DNA of 63,222 bases, filler included, from Planctomycetota bacterium (GTDB lineage: Bacteria; Planctomycetota; Planctomycetia; JALXBF01), in NCBI GenBank assembly GCA_026991575.1. It is 8 parts of 8 records of this genome, joined end to end, with 100 filler letters (N's around TTAATTAATTAA, not from the genome) between each part and the next. Parts side by side here need not be neighbours in the genome. Positions count along the whole stretch, not along the records: positions 1 to 9,644 come from JALXBF010000014.1; 7 more parts are not named here. One strand, written 5' to 3'. Below, piece by piece: positions 1 to 9,744 of this stretch. Each line of letters begins with the position of its first letter. The stretch's first letter is position 1. Position numbers and translations under genes: made by a program. The notes below the pieces were generated by a model. That model searched no databases, was not told the origin of the DNA, and saw nothing but the letters and a program-made list of their open reading frames with translations.

Positions 1-162
1 GGTGATCACGGGAAGGAGCAGGGCGGCCAAGATGCCGATAATGAGTATTACCGCTAGCATTTCGACCAGGGTAAACGCCGTGGTGGAACCGACACCCCGC
101 CGCCTGTACCCGTGCCCCGGATTCTTTCGCCTATCACACCGCTGTCGCGTGCGATTAGTCAT
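1..162 (-). CDS. Prepilin-type N-terminal cleavage/methylation domain protein (pilin/pseudopilin), 5' part only
   Basis: Not in the ORF track. Manual minus-strand translation from ATG at 162: MTNRTRQRCDRRKNPGHGYRRRGVGSTTAFTLVEMLAVILIIGILAALLLPVIT, with a class III signal FTLVE plus hydrophobic helix; directly downstream of pilC. Confidence 0.85.
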   Translation of the reverse strand, partial: MTNRTRQRCDRRKNPGHGYRRRGVGSTTAFTLVEMLAVILIIGILAALLLPVIT

Positions 163-467
163 TGCTCTACCTGCCTGGCTCGTGCACTAACGAAGCCTGC
201 CAGTTTGCAGCGACACGCCTGTGGCACCGCGGCCAGCTTTCCTGTGGTCAGCACTGCCAACCCCGCTGTCATCGTGTCTACCGAAAGACATCCATCGCAA
301 GCGGTCCGTAGGATGCAAAACTGCTCGCCCTCGAGGCACATCCTTCGCGCCCTGCCCTGGTTCGAAGCTCCCAGCCTCCACGGCTGCCGGGCTCCACGTT
401 GGCGACCACCGAAGAAGCGCTCTCGGCGCGGAACCGCGGCCGTGGTATCGCGCCGAAATCGGTCGAC

Positions 468-1709
468 CTATGCACTCAGCTCGCTGATGAGTTTGATCAG
501 CGGCATGAACAGGGCGATGACGATGAAGCCGATGATGCCGCCCAGGACGACGATCATGATCGGCTCCAACATGCTCACCAAACTCTCTACCGCAGCATCA
601 ACCTCCTCGTCATACACATCCGCAATCTTGTTCAACATCGTGTCCAGATCACCCGTCTCCTCCCCCACGTCAATCATGTTCACCACCATGTCATCCATCA
701 CCCGCGTCTCCTTCAGCGACTGAGCAATCGAATCACCCTCCCTGATCCGATTGATCACATGGTCAAACGCTCGCTCAAACACCGTGTTGCCCGCCGTCTC
801 ACGCACAATCGCTAACGCTTCCAAAATCGGGACACCGGACGAAACCAACGTCCCCAACGTCCGACTCGTCCGCGCTATGATCGTCTTCTCGATCAACCTC
901 CCCGCCACCGGTATGTGCAACTTCACCCAGTCAACCACAAACCGACCCCAGTAAAACAACCGCACAATCTTGATGAAGATGAAGAACGCTACCGGAATCG
1001 TGGGGATCAGATACCAATACGCCACCGCCGTGTCGGACATCTTCAGCAGCGTGATCGTGATCTTGGGCAGCTCCGTACCAAAGTCCTCAAAAATCTTCTT
1101 GAACTTCGGCACGATAAAGATCAGGATCGCCGACAAGATCGCGATCGCCACCGTGATCACGACGGCCGGATACACCATCGCACTCAGAACCCGACGCTTC
1201 AGGCTCTGAGCCTTCTCCTTGAACTCCGCCAGCCGCCGCAAAATGATCTCCAGCGCACCACCCGCCTCGCCGGCGCGAATCATGTTCACGTACAGCCGGT
1301 CAAAGACCTTCGGGTGCCGCGCCATCGCCTCACTCAGCGTCGCCCCAGCCTCAATGTCATCAATCACATCAATCAGCGTGTTCCGCAACACGCCAGGCTT
1401 CAGCTGCCCCTCAAGAATCTTCAAGCTACGCAGAATCGGCAGCCCCGCATCCTGCAACACCGAAAACTGACGAGTGAACGTACAGAGCTGCTTCGAGCCC
1501 ACGCGGCTGCCAATCGTAAACGTCTTGCCCTTCTTCTTTGCCTTCTTCGCCCGGCTCTTCTTCGCCTTCGTCTTCTTCTCATCAATCCGGGACACAAAGT
1601 AACCCATGTTCCGGATCTGCTGCTGCGCATCCTCAATCGTCGGGGCCTCAATCGTGTCCCGGATCACCGAGCCGGTCATGTCCACGGCTTCGAACTGATA
1701 AACGGGCAT
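468..1709 (-). CDS. pilC: Type IV pilus / T2SS inner membrane platform protein (PilC/GspF)
   Basis: Motifs FTRQFSVLQDAGLPILRSL, MIRAGEAGG, GEETGDLDTML, LEPIMIV; ATG at 1709 preceded by GAGGAG. Confidence 0.95.
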   Translation of the reverse strand: MPVYQFEAVDMTGSVIRDTIEAPTIEDAQQQIRNMGYFVSRIDEKKTKAKKSRAKKAKKKGKTFTIGSRVGSKQLCTFTRQFSVLQDAGLPILRSLKILEGQLKPGVLRNTLIDVIDDIEAGATLSEAMARHPKVFDRLYVNMIRAGEAGGALEIILRRLAEFKEKAQSLKRRVLSAMVYPAVVITVAIAILSAILIFIVPKFKKIFEDFGTELPKITITLLKMSDTAVAYWYLIPTIPVAFFIFIKIVRLFYWGRFVVDWVKLHIPVAGRLIEKTIIARTSRTLGTLVSSGVPILEALAIVRETAGNTVFERAFDHVINRIREGDSIAQSLKETRVMDDMVVNMIDVGEETGDLDTMLNKIADVYDEEVDAAVESLVSMLEPIMIVVLGGIIGFIVIALFMPLIKLISELSA

Positions 1710-1745
1710 CGCCCCACTCCTCTTCTCTTCTGCCACACGCGCCGA

Positions 1746-3467
1746 TTACTCTTCGAACACCGTCTCGCGGACCACCTCCTCAACCGTGGTGATCCCGTTG
1801 TACATCGCCTGCAGCCCCGCTTCACGCAACGTCATCATGCCGTTGCGCTTCGCGGCCGCCCGCAACTCGTCCGTCGACGCATTCGCACTGATCAAGTCGC
1901 GAATCTCGTCATTGATCACCATCAACTCAAAAATGCCCGTGCGGCCACGATATCCCGTGTTGTTGCACCGCTCACAGCCGCGACCGTAATAGAACTTCTT
2001 CCCCTCCACGTCACTGGGCTTCAGCCCCAGCTCCATCAACTCCTCAGGCGTCGGGTCATACGCCACCCGGCAGTCCTCACAGATCTTGCGCACCAACCGC
2101 TGCGCAAGCACCGCCTCCAGCGTCGCCGTGATCAGGAACGGCGGAATCCCCATGTCGCGCAACCGCGTGATCGTGCTCGGAGCATCGTTGGTGTGCAACG
2201 TGCTGAAGACCGTGTGTCCCGTCAGCGACGCCTGCACCGCGATCTCAGCCGTCTCCAAGTCACGGATCTCCCCGACCAGGATCTTGTCCGGATCGTGCCG
2301 CAGAATCGACCGCAGACAGTTGGCAAACGTGACCCCGATCTCCTCGTTGATGTTGATTTGAACGATGCCATCCAGGTCGTATTCGACCGGATCCTCTGTG
2401 GTGATGATCTTCACACTGATGTCGTTCAATTCATTCAGCGTCGAGTACAACGTGGTCGTCTTGCCACTGCCCGTCGGGCCGGTCACGAGGATGATACCGT
2501 TCGGCTTGCGAATCACTTCGCGGAACCGCTTGAGCACATCAGGCGGCATCCCGATCTTGTTCAGGTCCAGCTGGACCACCGTCCGGTCCAGCACGCGCAA
2601 CACCACGCTCTCGCCAAACATCGTCGGCAACACCGACACGCGCATGTCCACCGGGTTGCCGCCCACATTCAGCTCGATGCGGCCGTCCTGAGGCAACCGC
2701 CGCTCGGCAATATCCAGGTTGGCCATCACCTTGATCCGCGTCGCGATCGCGGCTGCCAGGTGCCGCGGCGGCGGCACCATCTCATACAGCACACCGTCGA
2801 CGCGGTAACGCATCTTGAACTCATCCTCGAACGGCTCAAAATGAATGTCCGACGCCTTATCACGAATGGCCAACAGCAGCACCATGTTTAGCAGCTTCTT
2901 CACCGGCGCTGCCTCGGCCAACTCCTCAACCGACTCCAGGTCCAGCGAATGCTCCGAGCTGCCGGCCGCCTCAGCGCGCGCCAACAGGTCCTCGTCCTGC
3001 TCCAGCTCAGCAACCACATCCTCAACCGACTCCTGCTTGCCCGCATACAACCGGGCAATCGCCGCCTGCACGGCCGACTCGCTGGCCACCGCCCCCTGCA
3101 CCTCGACGTCCAGCAGGTTGCGCAGGTCGTCCAGCGCAGCCAGGTTCTCTGGCTCGGCCATGGCCACCGTCAACACGCCGCCGCGAAAATCAATCGGCAC
3201 GATCTTGTACAACGACGCCATCGTCTCCGGCACCATCTCCAACACCTGGGCCGGGACGTTCACGTTGGAGACGTCCACGACGGGCATGCCTAGCTGCTCG
3301 CCGAGCGCCTCCAACAGCTGATCCTCCGTGATCAGCCCCATGCTCACCGCTAACTCGCCAATGCGCAGCTCGGGCTTCCGCTTCTGCTCCTCGAGGACAT
3401 CCCAGAGCTGGTCCTCGGTCAGATAGCCCATGTCCACCAGGATTTGGCCGAGCTTTCGTAGCGCCAT
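1746..3467 (-). CDS. pilB: Type IV pilus assembly ATPase PilB (GspE/PulE family)
   Basis: MshEN-like N-terminus RKLGQILVDMG, Walker A GPTGSGKTT, EDPVEY, GEIRD, His box, tetracysteine CEDC/CERC. Confidence 0.95.
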   Translation of the reverse strand: MALRKLGQILVDMGYLTEDQLWDVLEEQKRKPELRIGELAVSMGLITEDQLLEALGEQLGMPVVDVSNVNVPAQVLEMVPETMASLYKIVPIDFRGGVLTVAMAEPENLAALDDLRNLLDVEVQGAVASESAVQAAIARLYAGKQESVEDVVAELEQDEDLLARAEAAGSSEHSLDLESVEELAEAAPVKKLLNMVLLLAIRDKASDIHFEPFEDEFKMRYRVDGVLYEMVPPPRHLAAAIATRIKVMANLDIAERRLPQDGRIELNVGGNPVDMRVSVLPTMFGESVVLRVLDRTVVQLDLNKIGMPPDVLKRFREVIRKPNGIILVTGPTGSGKTTTLYSTLNELNDISVKIITTEDPVEYDLDGIVQININEEIGVTFANCLRSILRHDPDKILVGEIRDLETAEIAVQASLTGHTVFSTLHTNDAPSTITRLRDMGIPPFLITATLEAVLAQRLVRKICEDCRVAYDPTPEELMELGLKPSDVEGKKFYYGRGCERCNNTGYRGRTGIFELMVINDEIRDLISANASTDELRAAAKRNGMMTLREAGLQAMYNGITTVEEVVRETVFEE

Positions 3468-3534
3468 CGTCTACCTCAGAGCAGTTTCACTCCCAGATAA
3501 CTGGCCGCAACGTCTCGCCCGAGCCGCCAGCTAG

Positions 3535-4665
3535 CTAGAACTCGTCCTCCTCCTCGCCTTCCTCTTCCTGTTCCCAGATGCCGCGTTCCGCATTCTCAAT
3601 GCGGCGGCGCAGTTCCGCGGGGTGCCTGGCCCGAGCAATAACCTCCTCCTTGTCCACCAGGCCCCGGCGCCAGAGGTCAAAGAGACTGTCATCCAGCAGG
3701 ATCATGCCGTGCTTCTTGCCGGTCTGGATCGCCGAGTCGATGCGGTAGGTCTTGTTCTCGCGGATCAGGTTACTAATGGCCGGCGTCACGACCATCATCT
3801 CATAAGCAGCCACCAGGCCCTTCGGCTTGCGCGGCAGCAGCGCCTGAGACAGGACACCGATCAGCGCAACGGATAGCTGGGTGCGGATCTGAGCCTGCTG
3901 GTTGGTCGGGAAGACATCGATGATACGGTTCACCGTGCCCTGGGCACCGGTGGTGTGCAAGGTTGCAAAGACGATGTGACCGGTTTCAGCCGCGGTGATC
4001 GCCGCCTGAATCGTCTCCAGGTCACGCATCTCACCGACCAGGATCACGTCCGGATCCTGACGCAACGCGCGGCGAAGCGCCTCGGCAAAGTCCGGCACAT
4101 CGACGCCAACCTCACGCTGGTTGATCGTGCTCTTCTTGTGCTGGTGGTAATACTCGATCGGATCCTCGATAGTGATGATGTGTCGGTCGTAGTTCTCGTT
4201 CAGCCAGTTGATCATGCAGGCTAGCGAGGTGGTCTTGCCGCTACCGGTCGGGCCCGTGACCAGGATCAGGCCACGAGGCCGGACGATGAGCTCTTTGAGC
4301 ACCGGCGGCAGACCAATCTCCTCGAACGTGTAGAACCGGTTCGGGATCAGACGCAGCACCAGGGCGATGTTGCCCCGCTGCTTGAAGGCCGAGACACGAA
4401 AGCGAGCCTTGTCGCCGAAGGCAAAGCCGAAGTCTGTCGTGCCAACTTCCTGCAGTTCCTGCTGGCAGCGATCCGGCGTGATCGCCTTCATCAGCGCGAC
4501 CGTGTCCTCCGGCTCCAGCACCTTCGTCTGCAGCCGCCGCATGCGACCGTGGAGGCGAACCACCGGAGGCTGGCCCACGGTCAGATGCAGGTCGCTGGCA
4601 CCGGTATCGACCACCGTCTGCAGCAGCCGATCGATCAGTAACGTTCCGGTCGCCATGGACTGCAC
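3535..4665 (-). CDS. pilT: Twitching motility retraction ATPase PilT
   Basis: ASDLHL, GPTGSGKTT, EDPIEY, ALRQDPDVILVGEMRD, AISNLIRE (AIRNLIRE-like); start may be ATG at 4656. Confidence 0.95.
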   Translation of the reverse strand: MQSMATGTLLIDRLLQTVVDTGASDLHLTVGQPPVVRLHGRMRRLQTKVLEPEDTVALMKAITPDRCQQELQEVGTTDFGFAFGDKARFRVSAFKQRGNIALVLRLIPNRFYTFEEIGLPPVLKELIVRPRGLILVTGPTGSGKTTSLACMINWLNENYDRHIITIEDPIEYYHQHKKSTINQREVGVDVPDFAEALRRALRQDPDVILVGEMRDLETIQAAITAAETGHIVFATLHTTGAQGTVNRIIDVFPTNQQAQIRTQLSVALIGVLSQALLPRKPKGLVAAYEMMVVTPAISNLIRENKTYRIDSAIQTGKKHGMILLDDSLFDLWRRGLVDKEEVIARARHPAELRRRIENAERGIWEQEEEGEEEDEF

Positions 4666-4867
4666 GTGCTCCCGTGTACCGTAGAAACCGACCGACGAAC
4701 ACGCTGACCCGTCGTAGAGACCAGGACCCCGGACTTGCGGCTGCGTGGCATTATTGCGGCCCGCAGGCCCGCCGCGTCACGAACCGACCCAGAGCATCGC
4801 CATGGCCGGCTCAGCAACCGCGTTTCGCGCCGATAACCGTCCAGAGGACGGTTCGTTGCGGTGCGCA

Positions 4868-6586
4868 CTAGACGTTGACCGCCTCGTGGTGAGCGACCGC
4901 CAGGACCTCTTCCAGCGTCGTCACGCCACGCATCGCCTTCAGGACACCGTCCTCCAGCAGGGTGCGCATGCCGAAGAGTCGCGCCTGACGGCGGATCGCC
5001 TGAGTCGGCTCGCGGCGGTAGGTCATTTCGCGTAGCGTTGAGTTCATCTGCATCAGCTCAAAGATGCCGATTCGGCCCTTAAAGCCGGTATGGTGGCAGT
5101 GCGAGCAGCCGCGGCCACGGCGGAAATTGGCCTTCTTGACCTGTTCGGGCGTCAGTCCCACGGCGGCCAGCTCCGAGGGGTGAGGCTGGTCTGGCTCGGC
5201 GCACTTGGTGCAAACCTTGCGGACCAGCCGCTGCGCCATGACCGCCATCACGCTGGCCGCCACCAGGAACGGCTGCACGCCAAGGTCGATCAACCGCGTG
5301 ATCGCGCTGGGCGCATCGTTCGTGTGCAGCGTACTAAAAACTAAGTGTCCAGTAAGCGACGCCTGGATGGCCATGTCTGCGGTCTCCTTATCGCGGATTT
5401 CGCCGACCAGAATGATGTTCGGCGACTGCCGCAGCATGGCGCGGATGATCCGGGCAAAGGTCAGCCCAATGTGCGCCTTGACCTCCACCTGATTGATCCC
5501 CGGCAGATAATACTCCACCGGATCCTCCGCCGTGATGATCTTGCGGTCCGGCCGATTCAACTCATTCAACGCCGCATACAACGTCGTCGTCTTGCCACTG
5601 CCCGTCGGACCTGTAACCAAAAAGATTCCATTAGGTCTCTTAATGATCTGCAGGAACCGGCGGTAGTCGTCCTCCATGAAGCCCAGCTCGCGGATCCCCA
5701 TCATGATGTTGCTCTTGTCCAGGATCCGCATCACCACCGCCTGACCATGAATCGACGGCAAAACACTGACCCTCAAGTCAATGTCCTTGCCGTTCACATT
5801 CGTCTTGATCCGACCGTCCTGAGGCCGCCGCTTCTCCGCAATGTCCATCGACGCCATGATCTTGATACGCGACAGCAGCGGCCCAAGGATGCGCCGCGGC
5901 GGCGCATCACGTTCGACGCACACGCCGTCGATCCGATATCGAATGCGCACCCGATCCTGGAACGGCTCGATGTGGATGTCGCTGGCCCTCAGCCGAACCG
6001 CTTCCTCAATAATTAAGTTCACCAACCGAACGATCGGTGCGTCCGAATCATCGGCTACCACCGACGCCGCCGGCGACAGCGCCTCCGTCTCCGTGAAATC
6101 GATCGCCGTGTCGGTGAACTCCTGCAGCAACGAGTCGACCGACTCGGTCTCCGTCTGACCATAGTGCCGGTTGATCGCCTCCAGGATCTGGTCACGCGGC
6201 GCCAGGGCAATCTCAATGTCGCGGTTCAAGATGAACCGCAACTTGTCGACCGTCTCGTAGTCCATCGGGTCTGCGATGGCCACCTTCAACCGGCCGTCCT
6301 CCTGAGCAACCGGCATGACGATGTTCTCGCGTGCCACCGACTCAGGAATCAGCTGCACGATCGCGGCTGGAATCTGTACCTCCGACAGATCCACGTAATC
6401 GATGCCCATCTGCTGGGCTATCGCCTGCATGACCTCGTCGGCCGACGCATAGCCCAACTTCACGATGGCGTCCTGCAACGAAATGCCCGTGCTCTCAGCC
6501 AGCTGTCGCGCTTCGGCGACCTGATCAGGTCCGACAATGCCTCGGCGGATCAGAACCTCCGTAAAATCGGCTCCCGCCATGCTCAT
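4868..6586 (-). CDS. pilB: Second PilB/GspE-family secretion ATPase
   Basis: ASDIHIEP, RRPQDGRI, GPTGSGKTT, EDPVEY, GEIRD, CTKC/CSHC. Confidence 0.92.
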   Translation of the reverse strand: MSMAGADFTEVLIRRGIVGPDQVAEARQLAESTGISLQDAIVKLGYASADEVMQAIAQQMGIDYVDLSEVQIPAAIVQLIPESVARENIVMPVAQEDGRLKVAIADPMDYETVDKLRFILNRDIEIALAPRDQILEAINRHYGQTETESVDSLLQEFTDTAIDFTETEALSPAASVVADDSDAPIVRLVNLIIEEAVRLRASDIHIEPFQDRVRIRYRIDGVCVERDAPPRRILGPLLSRIKIMASMDIAEKRRPQDGRIKTNVNGKDIDLRVSVLPSIHGQAVVMRILDKSNIMMGIRELGFMEDDYRRFLQIIKRPNGIFLVTGPTGSGKTTTLYAALNELNRPDRKIITAEDPVEYYLPGINQVEVKAHIGLTFARIIRAMLRQSPNIILVGEIRDKETADMAIQASLTGHLVFSTLHTNDAPSAITRLIDLGVQPFLVAASVMAVMAQRLVRKVCTKCAEPDQPHPSELAAVGLTPEQVKKANFRRGRGCSHCHHTGFKGRIGIFELMQMNSTLREMTYRREPTQAIRRQARLFGMRTLLEDGVLKAMRGVTTLEEVLAVAHHEAVNV

Positions 6587-6861
6587 CGCGCGCCACCTCG
6601 CTGCTTGTAACGGAACGGTCGGTTACGGACCCACACCGGTCGTTGCCGCGTGCCGGTGCCGAACCACGGAGCTGCCGGCGATCATGCCCGGCCTGCCCGA
6701 TGGGCCCATCCAACAGAGGGACACGATACCCACTAGCGACCACCGCGGATGCGTGCACTGTACAGCGTACAACGCAACCGCCGCACTCGCAAGGGACCTC
6801 TCCGGCCAATTCGGACCTGAGTCACCCACTCCAGGGGACATGCCATCTGAGGCTAACCAAA

Positions 6862-6933
6862 AGCCAGCGGTGGGATTCGAACCCACAACCCCTGCTTTAC
6901 GAAAGCAGTGCTCTACCGTTGAGCTACGCTGGC
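6862..6933 (-). tRNA. tRNA-Thr (anticodon CGT), CCA not encoded
   Basis: Reverse complement GCCAGCGTAGCTCAACGGTAGAGCACTGCTTTCGTAAAGCAGGGGTTGTGGGTTCGAATCCCACCGCTGGCT folds as a cloverleaf: acceptor GCCAGCG/CGCTGGC, anticodon stem CTGCT/AGCAG with loop TTCGTAA, T loop TTCGAAT. Confidence 0.97.
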
Positions 6934-7181
6934 GGCCGGTCCCACTTGATCCTAAGAGCCGATGTACGACCGGTCAACCATGCCCCTGGCCTGGCAACGG
7001 TCACGGCTCTTGCGTCGGCCCACTGTACCCACACCATGCCCTGTCCTCTCGGCCCGGCCGCATGCGTGCTCGTCGTGCGGGCAGCACCCGTGAGCGTCTG
7101 CAGCACGGTGCGGTCGGCCGATCGAGTCAACCGTGCATGCCGTGACGTACCGTGTTGGTTGCCCGGCAAATCGCCACGCTG

Positions 7182-7529
7182 TCAGCCGCGCGGCACATGA
7201 AATTTCTGGCCGCACCGCGGGCAGGGTACGCGCCGCCCGCCATAGCGGCGACGGTTAATGTACAGCTTGCTGGCGCAGTTGGGACAGAACACCACCGGCT
7301 TTTCCTTCGCCACATCAACCTCGCCCGCATCCGGCTCCTTGCCCTCCAAGTCCGCCGTCTGCGGCGGATTCAGCTTGGCAACGTCGATGAACATCGAATC
7401 CCCGGCGGTGCTGGACGGAAGCTGTAGCCCGCGCAGCCGGCGACCGCAGTTCGGACAGATGACCCGTGGCACGGCCACCGTCTCCACCTCAAATACGTGC
7501 CGGCAAACGACGCAACGAACTTTGACCAC
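7182..7529 (-). CDS. Small double zinc-ribbon protein
   Basis: Four CxxC motifs (CVVC, CPNC, CPNC, CPRC) forming two ribbons joined by a linker. Confidence 0.75.
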   Translation of the reverse strand: MVKVRCVVCRHVFEVETVAVPRVICPNCGRRLRGLQLPSSTAGDSMFIDVAKLNPPQTADLEGKEPDAGEVDVAKEKPVVFCPNCASKLYINRRRYGGRRVPCPRCGQKFHVPRG

Positions 7530-7977
7530 TTTCGCGTTCCGGACGTATCGTCTGCCAGGGGTTCACACGCGGGCCAAGTACTGGTTCCTGTCTATCCTAT
7601 ACGTAGCCCATAAACTGCCCCGTCGCGGGCGTCATAGCCTGGCTCTGATGGCTAGCGCGTGACAGACGCTCGTAGCGGGTTTTTCCCGGAGCCGGAAAAT
7701 GCCGGAGGGCTGCTTGTCCGGCCTGCCCCCCTGGTTATGAGCAGCTTCTGGCACGCGCCCCAGCGCGGGCCACGGCAGCGGCAGGCTCGCGCGCCTCGCA
7801 GCGCTCAGGCTTCGGCTCGGGCACGTCGAGCCGGCCTTCGTCCTTGCCTGCACGGCAAGGCTGTCGGCCGGGGTCTTCTGGCCGCTGCGACCGTGCCGCC
7901 CTGGCCCCCGCACAGCCGGCATCACCGCAACACCGGGTGCGTCGCGGCGCCGGCGGCAACCGTGAGGTGTACGAACC

Positions 7978-9644
7978 ATGGATCCGGATGCCCTGCTGAA
8001 GAGCACCGAACTGACCGGGAAAGAACTGTACGAGACGGCTCGCACGCGCGTGCCGCCGCGTGAGGGCAAGCTTCCGCTGACGCACGAGATCCTCAGCAAC
8101 TGGCCCAGCGGCGATCTGTTTGGACTCAGCCACAACGTGGCCATGGGCTGGTCACCGGAGAGCGTGCTTCGTGACCAGGTGCTGCTACTCAGCACGCAGG
8201 GGGGGCTCCGGGCCGACAGCGGCGATCCGATCGCCTTGGGCTACCACACCGGCCACTGGGAACTGCCATTGCTTGTCCGTCAGGCTGCCCAGACGCTGCG
8301 CGACCTGGGCGTGATCCCATTTGCCGCGTTTTGCTCAGATCCGTGCGATGGCCGCACGCAGGGGACTCCGGGCATGATGGACAGCCTTGCGTATCGCAAC
8401 GATGCGGCCATTGTCTTTCGACGCCTCGTCCGGTCGCTCCCGCAGCGGAAGGCTGTGCTGGGGATCGCCACCTGCGACAAAGGGCTGCCTGCCATCATGA
8501 TGGCCCTGGCGTCGTTTCCCGACCTGCCCACCGTGATTGTCCCGGGCGGGGTCGCGCTGATGCCGGAGGTCGGCGAGGATGCTGGGACGGTCCAGACGAT
8601 CGGTGCACGGTATGTGCACGGCGAGATCACGCTGGAGCAGGCGGCTGTGGAGGGATGCCGGGCGTGTGCAAGTCCCGGGGGTGGTTGCCAGTTCCTGGGT
8701 ACAGCGGCAACCAGTCAGGTGGTTGCTGAGGCGTTCGGCTGGACCGTGCCTCACGCCGCCCTCGCCCCCTCGGGCCTGCCGCTCTGGCTCGATGTCGCGC
8801 GCCGGTCGGCCGAAGCGGCGATGCTCATGATCCGCCACGGCTTAACCACGGCCAAGCTGCTCACAGCCGCCGCGCTGCGCAACGCCATGGCCGCCCACGC
8901 AGCGTTCGGCGGCTCGACGAACTTGCTGCTCCACATCCCGGCCATCGCGCATGCCGCCGGCCTGGACCGCCCAACGCTGGACGACTGGCTGGCCGTCAAC
9001 CGAGCGGTCCCGCGGCTGGTTGATGCCCTGCCGAACGGTCCGGTCGGCCACCCCACCGTGTGCGTGTATCTGGCCGGGGGCGTGCCGGAGGTGTTCCTGC
9101 ATCTGCGTCGGCTGGGGTTGATCGACACATCGGCCCTGACGGCGATCGGCTTGAGCTGGGACAACGTGCTGGACTGGTGGGAGCGGTCCGAGCGGCGTAA
9201 GCGGCTGCGTGAGCGGCTCTACGAACTGGAAGGCATCGACCCGGACGACGTGATCCTGCCTCCGGAACGTGCTGCGGCCAAAGGGCTGACGCCGACGACC
9301 ACGTTCCCTCGCGGCAATATTGCTCCGGAAGGTGCCGTCATCAAGAGCACGGCCATCGACCGCTCGTTGCTCGACATCCATGGTGTCTACCGGCACGTTG
9401 GCCCGGCCCGCGTGTTTGTGCGGGAGAGCGACGCGATCCGGGCAATCAAGGGCCAGGCCGAGCCGAAGGTGCGGCCCGGCGACGTGGTCGTGCTCTGCTG
9501 CGGCGGACCGCTAGGGACCGGAATGGAGGAGATCTACCAGGTGACCGCTGCCTTGAAGCATTTGCCCTGGGGAAAGCACGTGGCGGTGGTCACCGACGCA
9601 CGCTTCTCAGGCGTCTCCACCGGCGCCTGCATTGGCCATGTCAG
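7978..9644 (+). CDS. yagF: YjhG/YagF-family D-xylonate dehydratase (IlvD/Edd superfamily), truncated at contig end
   Basis: [68 protein letters not shown]. Confidence 0.9.
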
Positions 9645-9744
9645 NNNNNNNNNNNNNNNNNNNNNNNNNNNNNNNNNNNNNNNNNNNNTTAATTAATTAA
9701 NNNNNNNNNNNNNNNNNNNNNNNNNNNNNNNNNNNNNNNNNNNN
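9645..9744. other. Artificial contig linker (N-run/TTAATTAATTAA/N-run); same linker at 12227-12326, 14780-14879, 41806-41905, 50048-50147, 58261-58360, 60744-60843
   Basis: Identical 100-nt structure seven times, with stops in all frames; genes are cut at each one. Confidence 0.98.

Noticed and set aside
915..2891. Long plus-strand ORF (658 aa) and similar ORFs such as 23850-25247, 46113-47540 and 54264-55328
   Set aside because: Antisense shadows of well-supported genes, expected at high GC
6862..6933. tRNA-Thr as the integration site of the accessory island
   Set aside because: No integrase nearby, no duplicated tRNA 3' end seen, and the flanks are housekeeping-like genes
9645..9744. TTAATTAATTAA palindromes as biological sites, and gene neighbourhoods across N-runs
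   Set aside because: Artificial joins; ORF ends reading X...LIN are artefacts, and links such as toxin-to-cas or rhs-to-Hint across gaps cannot be inferred
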